NCBI GenBank assembly: GCA_035561095.1
Contig: DATMYE010000026.1
Span: 7,917 to 71,916 of the forward strand
Length of the DNA: 64,000 nt
DNA from: Clostridia bacterium
GTDB taxonomy: Bacteria > Bacillota > Clostridia > Christensenellales > CAG-138
Direction of reading: 5' to 3'
Part shown: in pieces, positions 8,956 to 17,942 of the stretch
Layout: each line of letters opens with the position of its first letter
Numbering within the stretch: position 1 is the first letter of the stretch
The notes under the pieces: model-generated
Database searches by the model: none
The model's input: only the letters and a program-made list of their open reading frames with translations
Told to the model about the DNA's origin: nothing
Position numbers and translations under genes: made by a program

Positions 8956-9693
8956 TTAACTAATGTTTCCATTTACATTTAGTCCGTTTGAAGGTTGCTT
9001 ATTAAGCGCCTTTTCTAGTCTATCAAATGTTAAGTAAATAGATTCGAATTCTTCTTCGGTGTATACGGTCGTAGAATGAGAAATTTCATTTCTAAAATTG
9101 AAAATCGTTTCATAATCTTCTTTGAGATTCTCATCAATAGACGACAGATAGTCGCGCTTCCAATAGTAGGCATAATTATCTTCTTTAGGAGGCAACCGGC
9201 TTCTAAATAGTTGATCGAAATCTTTCCATCTAAGTAAAAAATTGGCAACATAAGTAGTGTAGCTAACTGCACGTTTGGGTTTATACTTCTCATTAAAAAG
9301 TACTTCGAATAGAGTTATAGCAGTTTCACAGTAAGATTCGACTTGAGATGCGTCTATCGTTATGCAATTACCGTTGTGATACAATTGGTTTCTTATTCTA
9401 TGATACCATTCAATATCCTCAAAAAAGACAATATCACTTAGCTCGTTGTTATATTTCTCAAGTAGATCAAGTAGACTTGAAAAGGAATTCTCAGCTTCTC
9501 CGATTTCTCTCTTTGAAGGAACATTTCGCTTTATTATTCTTCTTGGAAGCGATAAATATGTCAGGATAGATAGTTCCACCGCATTGTCAATAGAAATAAA
9601 TGCGATTCGCTTGTCGAAATCGGATTTAGTAATGATATGCTCCCAGGCATGGTCTAGCAACTCCTTCGGGCCGATAATCCAACCTTTTTTCAT
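8956..9693 (-). CDS. Hypothetical protein with two RNxxxH motifs (tandem HEPN-like), low-GC
   Basis: 245-aa ORF with AGGTGG 7 nt upstream of the ATG. RNQLYH is at residues 101-106 (nt 9376-9393) and RNEISH at residues 201-206 (nt 9076-9093), each preceded by helical-looking sequence. About 32-35% GC in sampled lines versus about 62% in the flank. The function call is inference. Confidence 0.6.
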   Translation of the reverse strand: MKKGWIIGPKELLDHAWEHIITKSDFDKRIAFISIDNAVELSILTYLSLPRRIIKRNVPSKREIGEAENSFSSLLDLLEKYNNELSDIVFFEDIEWYHRIRNQLYHNGNCITIDASQVESYCETAITLFEVLFNEKYKPKRAVSYTTYVANFLLRWKDFDQLFRSRLPPKEDNYAYYWKRDYLSSIDENLKEDYETIFNFRNEISHSTTVYTEEEFESIYLTFDRLEKALNKQPSNGLNVNGNIS

Positions 9694-9750
9694 ACTGAAA
9701 CCACCTGTTTGTTTTCTTCATAATAGATTACGATGATCAATAAAGCGAGC

Positions 9751-9780
9751 AAAAAGCTCTCCATTTCTGAAGAGCTTTTC
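9751..9780 (-). terminator. Terminator of the tRNA operon (hairpin usable on both strands)
   Basis: AAAAGCTCT-ccatttctga-AGAGCTTTT immediately after the tRNA-Leu 3' end. Confidence 0.7.
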
Positions 9781-9867
9781 TGGTGCAGGAAACAGGACTT
9801 GAACCTGCATGAGTGTGACCTCACACGGACCTGAACCGTGCGCGTCTGCCAATTCCGCCATTCCTGC
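9781..9867 (-). tRNA. tRNA-Leu (anticodon CAG), class II long variable arm, CCA encoded
   Basis: Manual fold: acceptor GCAGGAA/TTCCTGC, anticodon loop TTCAGGT, T-loop GGTTCAAGTCC. Confidence 0.9.
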
Positions 9868-9881
9868 AATGGTGAGATGAT

Positions 9882-9966
9882 TGGTGGATGGGGATGGATT
9901 CGAACCATCGAAGTCTACGACAACGGATTTACAGTCCGCTCCCTTTGGCCGCTCGGGAACCCATCC
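9882..9966 (-). tRNA. tRNA-Tyr (anticodon GTA), long variable arm, CCA encoded
   Basis: Manual fold: acceptor GGATGGG/CCCATCC, anticodon loop CTGTAAA. Confidence 0.9.
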
Positions 9967-10014
9967 ACGTAAAAGTGTGTGTGGAATCGGCTATTCACTT
10001 TTCAAGGAAAACAG

Positions 10015-10090
10015 TGGAGCTGGTGATGGGACTCGAACCCGCAACCTGCTGATTACAAATCAGCTGCTCTGCCAATTGAGCTACACCAGC
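10015..10090 (-). tRNA. tRNA-Thr (anticodon TGT), CCA encoded
   Basis: Manual fold: acceptor GCTGGTG/CACCAGC, anticodon loop TTTGTAA. There is one C.A mismatch in the T stem. Confidence 0.85.
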
Positions 10091-10099
10091 CAGCAAATC

Positions 10100-10175
10100 T
10101 GGTGCCTCAGAGTGGACTTGAACCACCGACACAGGGATTTTCAGTCCCTTGCTCTACCAGCTGAGCTACCGAGGC
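10100..10175 (-). tRNA. tRNA-Phe (anticodon GAA), CCA encoded
   Basis: Manual fold: anticodon stem-loop AGGGA-CTGAAAA-TCCCT and GGTTCAAGTCC T-arm. Confidence 0.9.
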
Positions 10176-10183
10176 AAAAATAA

Positions 10184-10260
10184 TGGCGACCCGGAGGGGG
10201 CTCGAACCCCTGACCTCCAGCGTGACAGGCTGGCGTACTAACCAACTGTACTACCGGGCC
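10184..10260 (-). tRNA. tRNA-Asp (anticodon GTC), CCA encoded
   Basis: Manual fold: anticodon stem-loop CCAGC-CTGTCAC-GCTGG. Confidence 0.9.
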
Positions 10261-10298
10261 ATAATATAAACATTGCCATCTGGCATCTCAAGCGAAAG

Positions 10299-10375
<77 letters not shown>

Positions 10376-10391
10376 AAGTACCTGAAAAAAA

Positions 10392-10466
10392 TGGTGACCC
10401 CGAGGAGAATCGAACTCCTGTTACCGCCGTGAAAGGGCGGTGTCTTGACCGCTTGACCACGGGGCC
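10392..10466 (-). tRNA. tRNA-Glu (anticodon TTC), CCA encoded
   Basis: Anticodon stem-loop CCGCC-CTTTCAC-GGCGG. Confidence 0.9.
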
Positions 10467-10471
10467 ACTTC

Positions 10472-10548
10472 TGGTCGGGGTGAAAGGATTTGAACCTTCG
10501 GCCCCATGCTCCCAAAGCACGTGCGCTACCGGACTGCGCTACACCCCG
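10472..10548 (-). tRNA. tRNA-Pro (anticodon TGG), CCA encoded
   Basis: Acceptor CGGGGTG/CACCCCG, anticodon loop TTTGGGA. Confidence 0.9.
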
Positions 10549-10580
10549 AAGATGCGCACACCGCTTTTCGCGACTTTCAT

Positions 10581-10609
10581 AATATACAACAAGCTCATAA
10601 AATTGTCAA
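10581..10609 (-). promoter_or_regulatory. Promoter of the 8-tRNA operon
   Basis: Minus strand TTGACA-17 nt-TATATT, about 30 nt upstream of the tRNA-Pro 5' end. Confidence 0.75.
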
Positions 10610-10630
10610 CACGGAAAACACAAAATTCTT

Positions 10631-10659
10631 TCATTCGATTTGAGAAATCATGCTATAAT
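10631..10659 (+). promoter_or_regulatory. Candidate miaB promoter (extended -10)
   Basis: TGcTATAAT at 10651-10659 with a weak -35. The implied TSS lies downstream of the first in-frame ATGs, which supports the 10688 start. Confidence 0.5.
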
Positions 10660-10687
10660 GGAGCGAGCTGAAATGGAGTGTACTAAC

Positions 10688-12046
10688 ATGGAACAAAAAT
10701 CGCCTTTTCGCAGCCAGCCTGAAGAGGGCCGCCGCGTATATTATATCGAAACATTTGGCTGCCAAATGAACGTGCGGGACAGCGAAACAGCAGCAGGATT
10801 GCTGCAAACACTGGGTTTTTCGCGTGGAACGGACAAGGAGACGGCAGACCTGATCCTTTTTAACACGTGCTGTGTGCGCGATCACGCGGAGAAGCGCGTC
10901 TTCGGGAACATAGGCGCGCTCAAGGAGCTCAAGGATGAGAATCCGAACCTGATCATCGGCGTGTTCGGCTGCATGATGCAGCAGCAGGAGGTCGCCGAAA
11001 AACTGTATAAACGCTTTCCGTTTGTGGATATTGTGTTCGGAACGAACCTGCTTTCGCGCCTGCCCGTTTTCGTTGAGAGCGCGGAATCCGGCTCCCGGAC
11101 GCTTGCGGTAGACGAGCAGAACATCCAGATCGAGGATGATTTGCCGAGCATCCGCACGGGCAAGATCAACGCGTTTGTCAATATCAACTACGGCTGCGAC
11201 AACTTCTGCACCTATTGCATCGTGCCATATGTGCGCGGGCGCGAACGTTCCCGCGAGATGGCGGCGGTCGCGGAGGAGGTAACAGCGCTCGTTGCAGAAG
11301 GCTACAGCGAGATCACATTGCTCGGACAAAACGTCAATTCCTACGGAAAGGACCTGCCGGATGCGTCGTTTGCGAAGCTACTCGCGCTGGTCTCGAAGGT
11401 AGAAGGTCTCAAGCGCATCCGCTTCATGACCTCGCACCCGAAGGATCTCACCGACGAGATGATTGCGGCAATGGCGGCGCACCCGAACGTTTGCCACCAT
11501 GTACATCTGCCGATGCAGAGCGGCTCCAACGAGATTCTCAAACAGATGAACCGCAAATACACGCGGGAACGCTATCTGGAGATCGTCGAAAAGCTTCACA
11601 CCGCGATGCCGGATGTGGAGATCACGACCGATATTATCGTCGGGTTTCCGGGCGAAACGGAGGATGATTTCCTCCAGACGCTCGATCTCGTGGAGCGGGT
11701 GGGGTATGCCTCCGCATTCACCTTCAAGTATTCGCCGCGCAAGGGTACGCGAGCTGCAACTATGGAGGAGCAGGTGCCGGACGTCGTCAAACGCGAGCGC
11801 CTGCATCGTCTCAACGAGCTTCAGGAACGAAAGTCCCGCGAGAACAACGAAAAGTACATCGGCGTGACTGGCATCGTGCACGTGGAAGATTGCGATCAGA
11901 AGAGCGAGCCGGTTTGCTACGGCAAGTTCTCAAACTTCAAGATGGTGTACTTCGCAGGAACACCCGACTTGATCGGAAGCTATGTTCCGGTGACGATCAC
12001 CAATGTGCGCAAAAACTCGCTGTTCGGTAAACTCGCCGGGCAGTAA
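10688..12046 (+). CDS. miaB: tRNA-2-methylthio-N6-dimethylallyladenosine synthase
   Basis: UPF0004 N-terminus (YIETFGCQMN) and radical-SAM CDNFCTYC. The start is uncertain (ORF opens at 10640); GGAG lies 9 nt before the ATG at 10688. Confidence 0.9.
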   Translation: MEQKSPFRSQPEEGRRVYYIETFGCQMNVRDSETAAGLLQTLGFSRGTDKETADLILFNTCCVRDHAEKRVFGNIGALKELKDENPNLIIGVFGCMMQQQEVAEKLYKRFPFVDIVFGTNLLSRLPVFVESAESGSRTLAVDEQNIQIEDDLPSIRTGKINAFVNINYGCDNFCTYCIVPYVRGRERSREMAAVAEEVTALVAEGYSEITLLGQNVNSYGKDLPDASFAKLLALVSKVEGLKRIRFMTSHPKDLTDEMIAAMAAHPNVCHHVHLPMQSGSNEILKQMNRKYTRERYLEIVEKLHTAMPDVEITTDIIVGFPGETEDDFLQTLDLVERVGYASAFTFKYSPRKGTRAATMEEQVPDVVKRERLHRLNELQERKSRENNEKYIGVTGIVHVEDCDQKSEPVCYGKFSNFKMVYFAGTPDLIGSYVPVTITNVRKNSLFGKLAGQ

Positions 12047-12092
12047 CGCAGATATCACAACAACAAATACCGGAAACCGGAGGAGATAAAAC

Positions 12093-12482
12093 ATGATTGA
12101 ACTGGCAAGAGAACTGGGATTGGCGCTGGCCAACTCGTGCGAATTCATACAAATGAAGCAGGCGCAGAGCGACTTTGAGCAAAACGAAGCCATCGCACAG
12201 CTCATGCAGGAGCTCAACGAAAAGCGCGACCGGCTGATCAGCATACTTTCGGATGACGAGGGAGATGATCTGGAAGCGGTTTCGCTGACCAACGACATCG
12301 ACCGCCTCGAAGCGCAGCTGCGCGAAAGCCCGCTCTATGAAGAACTCATTGCGGCGCAGACCGCGTTTTCCGCGGTACTCACCGCGGTCAACGACGAGAT
12401 CAACGCCTGCATCGGCGCCGAGACGAGCGCGAACCAGGGTTGCAGCGGAGACTGCGGCGGCTGCGGCGGCTGCAAACACTAA
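12093..12482 (+). CDS. YlbF/YmcA-family regulator with C-terminal Cys cluster
   Basis: 129-aa helical protein with a Com_YlbF-like pattern (FIQMKQAQSDFEQNEAIAQLMQELNEKR). It ends in CSGDCGGCGGCKH. Confidence 0.7.
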   Translation: MIELARELGLALANSCEFIQMKQAQSDFEQNEAIAQLMQELNEKRDRLISILSDDEGDDLEAVSLTNDIDRLEAQLRESPLYEELIAAQTAFSAVLTAVNDEINACIGAETSANQGCSGDCGGCGGCKH

Positions 12483-12528
12483 GACCTACTAACAGGTATT
12501 TTGCCTGACCCGAACGACGGAGGAACGA

Positions 12529-15135
12529 ATGCCAGCTTCGATGACGCCGATGATGCGGCAGTATCTGGAACTCAAGGAGAAATACAGCGACTGTCTGCTG
12601 TTTTTCCGTCTCGGCGATTTCTATGAGATGTTTTTTGAGGACGCGAAGACCGCAGCAAAAGAACTCGATCTCGTCCTGACCGGGCGCGACTGCGGACTCA
12701 CCGAGCGCGCGCCGATGTGCGGCGTGCCGTATCATGCGGTCGATAACTACATCTCCAAGCTCATCGAAAAAGGTTACAAGGTCGCTATCTGCGAGCAGAT
12801 CGAAGACCCCGCTCTTGCGAAAGGTCTCGTCGAGCGCGACGTCATCCGCATCATCACGCCCGGCACGGTCATCGAAGACCGGATGCTGGAGGAAGGGCAG
12901 AACAGCTACATTGCTTCCATCTCAATGGGGGACAGCGTGATCGGCCTTGCGTATGCCGATGTTTCGACTGGCGAGTTCTATTTATTGCAGTTGAGCGGAA
13001 AACAACCAGCGGTTGCGCTACTCGATGAGCTGGAACGAATCCGCCCGCGCGAGATCATCGCAGAGCCCTCGCTGTTTTTACAGCAGCTGCTCTCGCGGCA
13101 GATTTCGTCGGCCTACTATCTGGAACAATACGGCGCAAACGCGTTCTTGCCCGAGAATGCGCGAGATATTTTGAAGCGGCATTTCAATGTCAGTTCACTT
13201 GCGGGCTTCGGCGCAGAGGAAGCGCCTTATGCCGTCTCGGCAGCGGGTGCGCTGATGCGCTACCTCGACGAGACGCAAAAAAACGCGCTCTCGCATATCC
13301 GCGGCATGCGCCTTTTAAACCGCAGCAGCTATATGGTGCTGGACGCGACCACGCGGAGAAACCTCGAACTCACGCAGCCGCTGCGCTTTGGCGGCAACAA
13401 AAAGAACACGCTCATCCACCTGCTTGACCACGCAAAAACAGGCATGGGCGGAAGAATGCTCCGCGATTGGGTGGATCGTCCGCTGCAATCGATTCAGGAA
13501 ATCGAGCGCAGGCTGGACGCAGTTGCGACTCTGAAGGACAACATGACCCAGCGCAAGCAGCTGCAGGAGCTGCTGCATGGGATGTATGATATCGAGCGGC
13601 TTTGCAGCAAGATCGTTTACGGCTCGGTCAACGCGAGGGATTGCATCGCTTTGAGGCAAACCATCGAGCGCGTACCGATCATCAAAGCAGCCACACGTGA
13701 TAGCGATAGCACCGCGCTTTCCGAAATCTCGCATTACTTAGATGAGATGGAGGATGTGCTGCAGCTGCTGCTCTCCTCGATTACGGACGAGCCTCCCGCG
13801 ACGCTGAAGGATGGCGGTTTCATCCGCAACGGCTACAACGCCGAGGTGGACGAGCTAAGGAGCATCGCGGAAAATTCGCAGTCCTGGCTTGAGAGCTTTG
13901 AGCAGACACAGCGCGAGATCACGAAGATCAAATCCCTGCGCGTGAGCTACAATCGTGTGTTCGGGTACTATATCGAGGTCACGAAGTCGTACCTCGCGCA
14001 GGTTCCGTATGAGTATGAGCGCAAGCAGACGCTTGCCAATGCCGAGCGGTTTGTGACGCCGGAGCTCAAGGAGATGGAACAGAAGATTCTCGGCGCAAAG
14101 GATCGTCTGGTTGTTCTGGAGAATGAGCTTTTTGCAGGCATTCGCGAGGTGCTCGTGAATTGCACAGGACGGTTGCAGGCAAATGGCTCTTTGATCGCCG
14201 AACTCGACTGTTATGTTTCTCTGGCGGAGGTCGCGAGCAACAACGGCTATTGCAGGCCGAAGTGGAACCAACAGGGTAGAATCAAGATCATCAACGGTCG
14301 TCATCCCGTGATCGAGCGCGCGATGAAGGAGCCGTTTGTGCCCAACGACGTGCTTTTAAATCGCACGGACGACCGGCTTTTGATCATCACGGGCCCGAAT
14401 ATGGCGGGCAAGAGCACCTATATGCGCCAGACTGCGCTAATTGCGCTCATGGCACACATCGGCTCGTTTGTGCCCGCGATGGAAGCGGATCTCTCCGTGG
14501 TCGACCGCATCTTTACGCGCATCGGCGCAAGCGACGATCTCTCATCCGGTCAGAGCACGTTTATGGTCGAGATGAGCGAAGTTGCGAATATCCTTCACAA
14601 CGCGAGCGAGAATAGCCTCCTCATCCTCGATGAAATCGGCAGAGGCACGAGCACGTTTGATGGACTCAGCATCGCCTGGTCGGTGCTGGAGTACATCGCG
14701 GACGCGAAAAAGTGCGGCGCAAAGGCACTGTTTGCGACCCATTATCACGAACTGACCGAGCTCGAGGGCGAGCTTTCGGGCGTGAAAAACTTCCGCGTCA
14801 CCGTCCGTGAGATCGGCGAGGATATCGTATTTTTACGCAAGATCGTCCGCGGCGGCGCGGACCAGAGCTTCGGCATTCAGGTGGCGCGGCTCGCAGGCTT
14901 GCCGGACATGGTGCTCGCTCGTGCAAAGGAAATTCTGGAAAAGCTGGAGTCCGCGGATATCGCCGCCAAGCGCGAACCCGCAAAGATCGAAACCAGCGTA
15001 CAGCCTTCTCTGCTCGACGAGAGCGGGGAAGAGAGTGCACTGCGCATCCTCCGCGAAATGGACGTCAACCACCTCACGCCTCTGGAGGCGCTCAACCAAC
15101 TTTATGCGCTGCACGCGATGCTGAAACACTTATAA
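12529..15135 (+). CDS. mutS: DNA mismatch repair protein MutS
   Basis: 868 aa, MTPMMRQYLELK N-terminus, Walker A GPNMAGKST. Confidence 0.97.
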   Translation: MPASMTPMMRQYLELKEKYSDCLLFFRLGDFYEMFFEDAKTAAKELDLVLTGRDCGLTERAPMCGVPYHAVDNYISKLIEKGYKVAICEQIEDPALAKGLVERDVIRIITPGTVIEDRMLEEGQNSYIASISMGDSVIGLAYADVSTGEFYLLQLSGKQPAVALLDELERIRPREIIAEPSLFLQQLLSRQISSAYYLEQYGANAFLPENARDILKRHFNVSSLAGFGAEEAPYAVSAAGALMRYLDETQKNALSHIRGMRLLNRSSYMVLDATTRRNLELTQPLRFGGNKKNTLIHLLDHAKTGMGGRMLRDWVDRPLQSIQEIERRLDAVATLKDNMTQRKQLQELLHGMYDIERLCSKIVYGSVNARDCIALRQTIERVPIIKAATRDSDSTALSEISHYLDEMEDVLQLLLSSITDEPPATLKDGGFIRNGYNAEVDELRSIAENSQSWLESFEQTQREITKIKSLRVSYNRVFGYYIEVTKSYLAQVPYEYERKQTLANAERFVTPELKEMEQKILGAKDRLVVLENELFAGIREVLVNCTGRLQANGSLIAELDCYVSLAEVASNNGYCRPKWNQQGRIKIINGRHPVIERAMKEPFVPNDVLLNRTDDRLLIITGPNMAGKSTYMRQTALIALMAHIGSFVPAMEADLSVVDRIFTRIGASDDLSSGQSTFMVEMSEVANILHNASENSLLILDEIGRGTSTFDGLSIAWSVLEYIADAKKCGAKALFATHYHELTELEGELSGVKNFRVTVREIGEDIVFLRKIVRGGADQSFGIQVARLAGLPDMVLARAKEILEKLESADIAAKREPAKIETSVQPSLLDESGEESALRILREMDVNHLTPLEALNQLYALHAMLKHL

Positions 15136-15157
15136 CGAAAACGACAACGGAGAATCT

Positions 15158-16963
15158 ATGCCAAAGGTACACGTTTTACCACCCAGAATCGCAAACCAGA
15201 TAGCCGCGGGCGAAGTCGTCGAGCGGCCGAGTTCGGTTGTCAAAGAACTGGTGGAAAACGCGATCGACGCGGGAGCCTCCGCCGTCACCGTCGAGATTGA
15301 AAACGGGGGCCTAGACAGCATCCGCATCATCGACAACGGCAGCGGCATCGCGGACGACGACTGCGAGACCGCATTCTTGCGCCACGCGACCAGCAAGATT
15401 TCTACCGCGAATGACCTGTTTGCGATTCGCTCGCTCGGTTTCCGTGGAGAGGCGCTGGCGTCAATCGCTGCCGTTTCGCGCGTGACGCTGCAAACGCAAA
15501 CGGAGGACGACGACCTCGGCACACTGATCCGCTATGAAGGCGGGGATTTGATTGAGCATCGCCGCACGGCTGGTACGCGCGGAACGACGATAGAAGTACG
15601 AAACCTGTTTTACAATGTCCCCGCGCGGCTGAAGTTCATCAAAAGCGCGCGCGCTGAGAGCGCAGCAATCGGTGACTATATCGCGCGGTTGATTCTCTCC
15701 GTACCTCAGATCGCGGTTCACTATGTCAGCGGAGGCAAGACCGTCTATCGCTCGACAGGCAACGGGAGCGCGAAAGACGCGCTGATCTCCGTCTACGGCA
15801 TCAGCACCGAACGGCAGATCTGTGCCGTTTCGTTTGACGATGGATACCTCAAGATCACAGGATTTGTGGGCGTGCCGGACCTCGCGCGCGCCAACCGATC
15901 GGGGCAAACGTTCCTGCTCAACGGGCGCATCATTCGCTCCAACGCGCTTTCTAATGCGCTGTCCCGTTCGTTTGATACGCGCGTGTTGATCGGCCGTTTC
16001 CCGTTTGCAGTGCTGTATCTGAGCATTGCCTATGCAGAAGTGGACGTCAACGTCCATCCGGCAAAGCTGGAGGTGCGCTTCACCGACGAGCAGCGCGTTT
16101 CGCGCAGCATCGTCGTCGCTTGCTCGGAAGCGTTGATTCGCAGCTATATCCCGACGATTGAGATCAAACGCGAGGAGCCTGAGGAAATTACGGCCCCTGT
16201 TTTCACGATTCCGGAGGAGGCGCGGACGGTCGATTTGCGCGCGCCGATTCCGCAGCCGAGTGGCAGCCTTCGCGAGGAATCGTATTCGTCTGTTCCGCGC
16301 GTGCCGACCTATCGTTTTCCCGCAAGGGAACCGGAGGAAAGTCGCCCGCGTCCGCAGCCGATCTTTCTGACAAAACCTGCTGGACCGTTGAGCGAACCCT
16401 TTCACATCATCGGCAGCGCGTTTGATACCTACTGGTATGTGCAGCAGGGCGAGTTCGTCTTCTGCATCGATCAACACGCGGCACACGAGCGCTTGCTCTA
16501 CGACGCGCTGATGGCGAGAACAGCTGCGATTGTGTCCCAATCGCTGTTTCTGCCGGAGGATATGCGGCTGCTGCCGTCCGAATCGGACGTGTTTTTGTCG
16601 AACAAAGCAGAGCTAGAGCGGCTCGGTTTCGTCTTTTCGGACGCGACGGAGACGAGCGTCACCCTGCTTGCCGTGCCGCAGATCAACGGAACCGCACTCA
16701 AAACCGCGTTCCTGCACGATGTGCTGGAGTATCTATCCGCCTCGGAAGATGCGCGCCCGAACGACTGGTTCCGGGATGCGATTGCGCAATCCGCCTGCAA
16801 ACACGCGGTCAAGGCAGGAGAACGCCTCTCGCACGAGGAGATTCGGCAGCTATTGGAACGGTTGCGGGAGCAGGATACGCTCTTGACCTGTCCGCATGGT
16901 CGTCCGGTCGCCGTTCGCTTCACCAAGACGGACATCGAGAAGATGTTCAAGCGCGTGCTATAA
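15158..16963 (+). CDS. mutL: DNA mismatch repair protein MutL
   Basis: GHKL ATPase N-terminus IAAGEVVERPSSVVKELVENAIDAG. C-terminal endonuclease region with DQHAAHERLLY. Confidence 0.95.
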   Translation: MPKVHVLPPRIANQIAAGEVVERPSSVVKELVENAIDAGASAVTVEIENGGLDSIRIIDNGSGIADDDCETAFLRHATSKISTANDLFAIRSLGFRGEALASIAAVSRVTLQTQTEDDDLGTLIRYEGGDLIEHRRTAGTRGTTIEVRNLFYNVPARLKFIKSARAESAAIGDYIARLILSVPQIAVHYVSGGKTVYRSTGNGSAKDALISVYGISTERQICAVSFDDGYLKITGFVGVPDLARANRSGQTFLLNGRIIRSNALSNALSRSFDTRVLIGRFPFAVLYLSIAYAEVDVNVHPAKLEVRFTDEQRVSRSIVVACSEALIRSYIPTIEIKREEPEEITAPVFTIPEEARTVDLRAPIPQPSGSLREESYSSVPRVPTYRFPAREPEESRPRPQPIFLTKPAGPLSEPFHIIGSAFDTYWYVQQGEFVFCIDQHAAHERLLYDALMARTAAIVSQSLFLPEDMRLLPSESDVFLSNKAELERLGFVFSDATETSVTLLAVPQINGTALKTAFLHDVLEYLSASEDARPNDWFRDAIAQSACKHAVKAGERLSHEEIRQLLERLREQDTLLTCPHGRPVAVRFTKTDIEKMFKRVL

Positions 16964-16967
16964 TCCT

Positions 16968-17942
16968 ATGGAAGAACAGTCACGCCGGCAAAGGATCGTC
17001 TGCATCGTCGGACCCACCGCCTGCCATAAGACAGAGCTTTCGATCGAGCTTGCAAAGAGGATCAGCGGAGAGATCGTCTCCGCGGATTCTGTGCAGGTCT
17101 ATTTTGGTATGGACATTGGCTCCGCAAAACCGACCGTCGAAGAACGGCAGGGGATACCGCACCACTTGATCGACTGTCTGCCGATCAATACGCCGGAGTT
17201 TTCAGCATCGTTGTTCCGTCAGCTAGCGGCAAGCGCGATTAATGATATCCTCTTGCGCGGGAAGATTCCAATCGTGGTCGGTGGCAGCGGTCTCTACGTC
17301 AACGCGTTGACCTATCCGCTTGGCTTCGCGGTGCCGAAGGACGATACTGCACGAGAGAATGCCATTTGCGAGTATGATCACAACGCTAAGATGGCGTACG
17401 CCCGGCTCAAGAGCGTCGATCCAATCACAGCTGCTCGTTTGCACCCGAATGACAAAAAGCGCATCGTGCGCGCGCTGGAAGTCTTCGATTGTTCCGGTCA
17501 GCCGCTCTCCGGCTACGGCGCAGATTTCCAGAACAGCGAGGGAAGAGAAGCACCGTTCGAGCCGATAATCATAGGGCTTACGATGGACCGCGAACAGCTG
17601 TATGCGCGGATCAATCTGCGGGTCGATTTGATGATGGAGCACGGTTTGCTCGCGGAAGCTCGAGCGATCTATGATGTGAATTATGACCGCACACTGCCCG
17701 CGATGAAGTCCATCGGCTATCAGCAGCTGTTTGCCTATTTTGAAGGGAATTGCACGTTGGAAGAAGCTGTCGAGAAAATCAAACAGGACACGCGACATTT
17801 TGCCAAGCGGCAATTGACCTGGTTTAAGCGGGATGAGAGGATCGTTTGGCACGACGTGACGAGCTGGGACGATCAAAAGAACGATTTGATCGAGCAGCTT
17901 GCGCGTGACGCGCAGGTTTGGATGAAAGGGAAGACACCATGA
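16968..17942 (+). CDS. miaA: tRNA dimethylallyltransferase
   Basis: IVGPTACHKTELS P-loop region. Start trimmed to the ATG at 16968, just after the mutL stop. Confidence 0.93.
   Translation: MEEQSRRQRIVCIVGPTACHKTELSIELAKRISGEIVSADSVQVYFGMDIGSAKPTVEERQGIPHHLIDCLPINTPEFSASLFRQLAASAINDILLRGKIPIVVGGSGLYVNALTYPLGFAVPKDDTARENAICEYDHNAKMAYARLKSVDPITAARLHPNDKKRIVRALEVFDCSGQPLSGYGADFQNSEGREAPFEPIIIGLTMDREQLYARINLRVDLMMEHGLLAEARAIYDVNYDRTLPAMKSIGYQQLFAYFEGNCTLEEAVEKIKQDTRHFAKRQLTWFKRDERIVWHDVTSWDDQKNDLIEQLARDAQVWMKGKTP

Noticed and set aside
8890-8960. Search for an att-type direct repeat of the tRNA-Leu 3' end at the far side of the low-GC islet
   Set aside because: No copy of TGGTGCAGGAAACAGGAC or its complement was found, and there is no integrase. 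The islet cannot be called an integrated mobile element.
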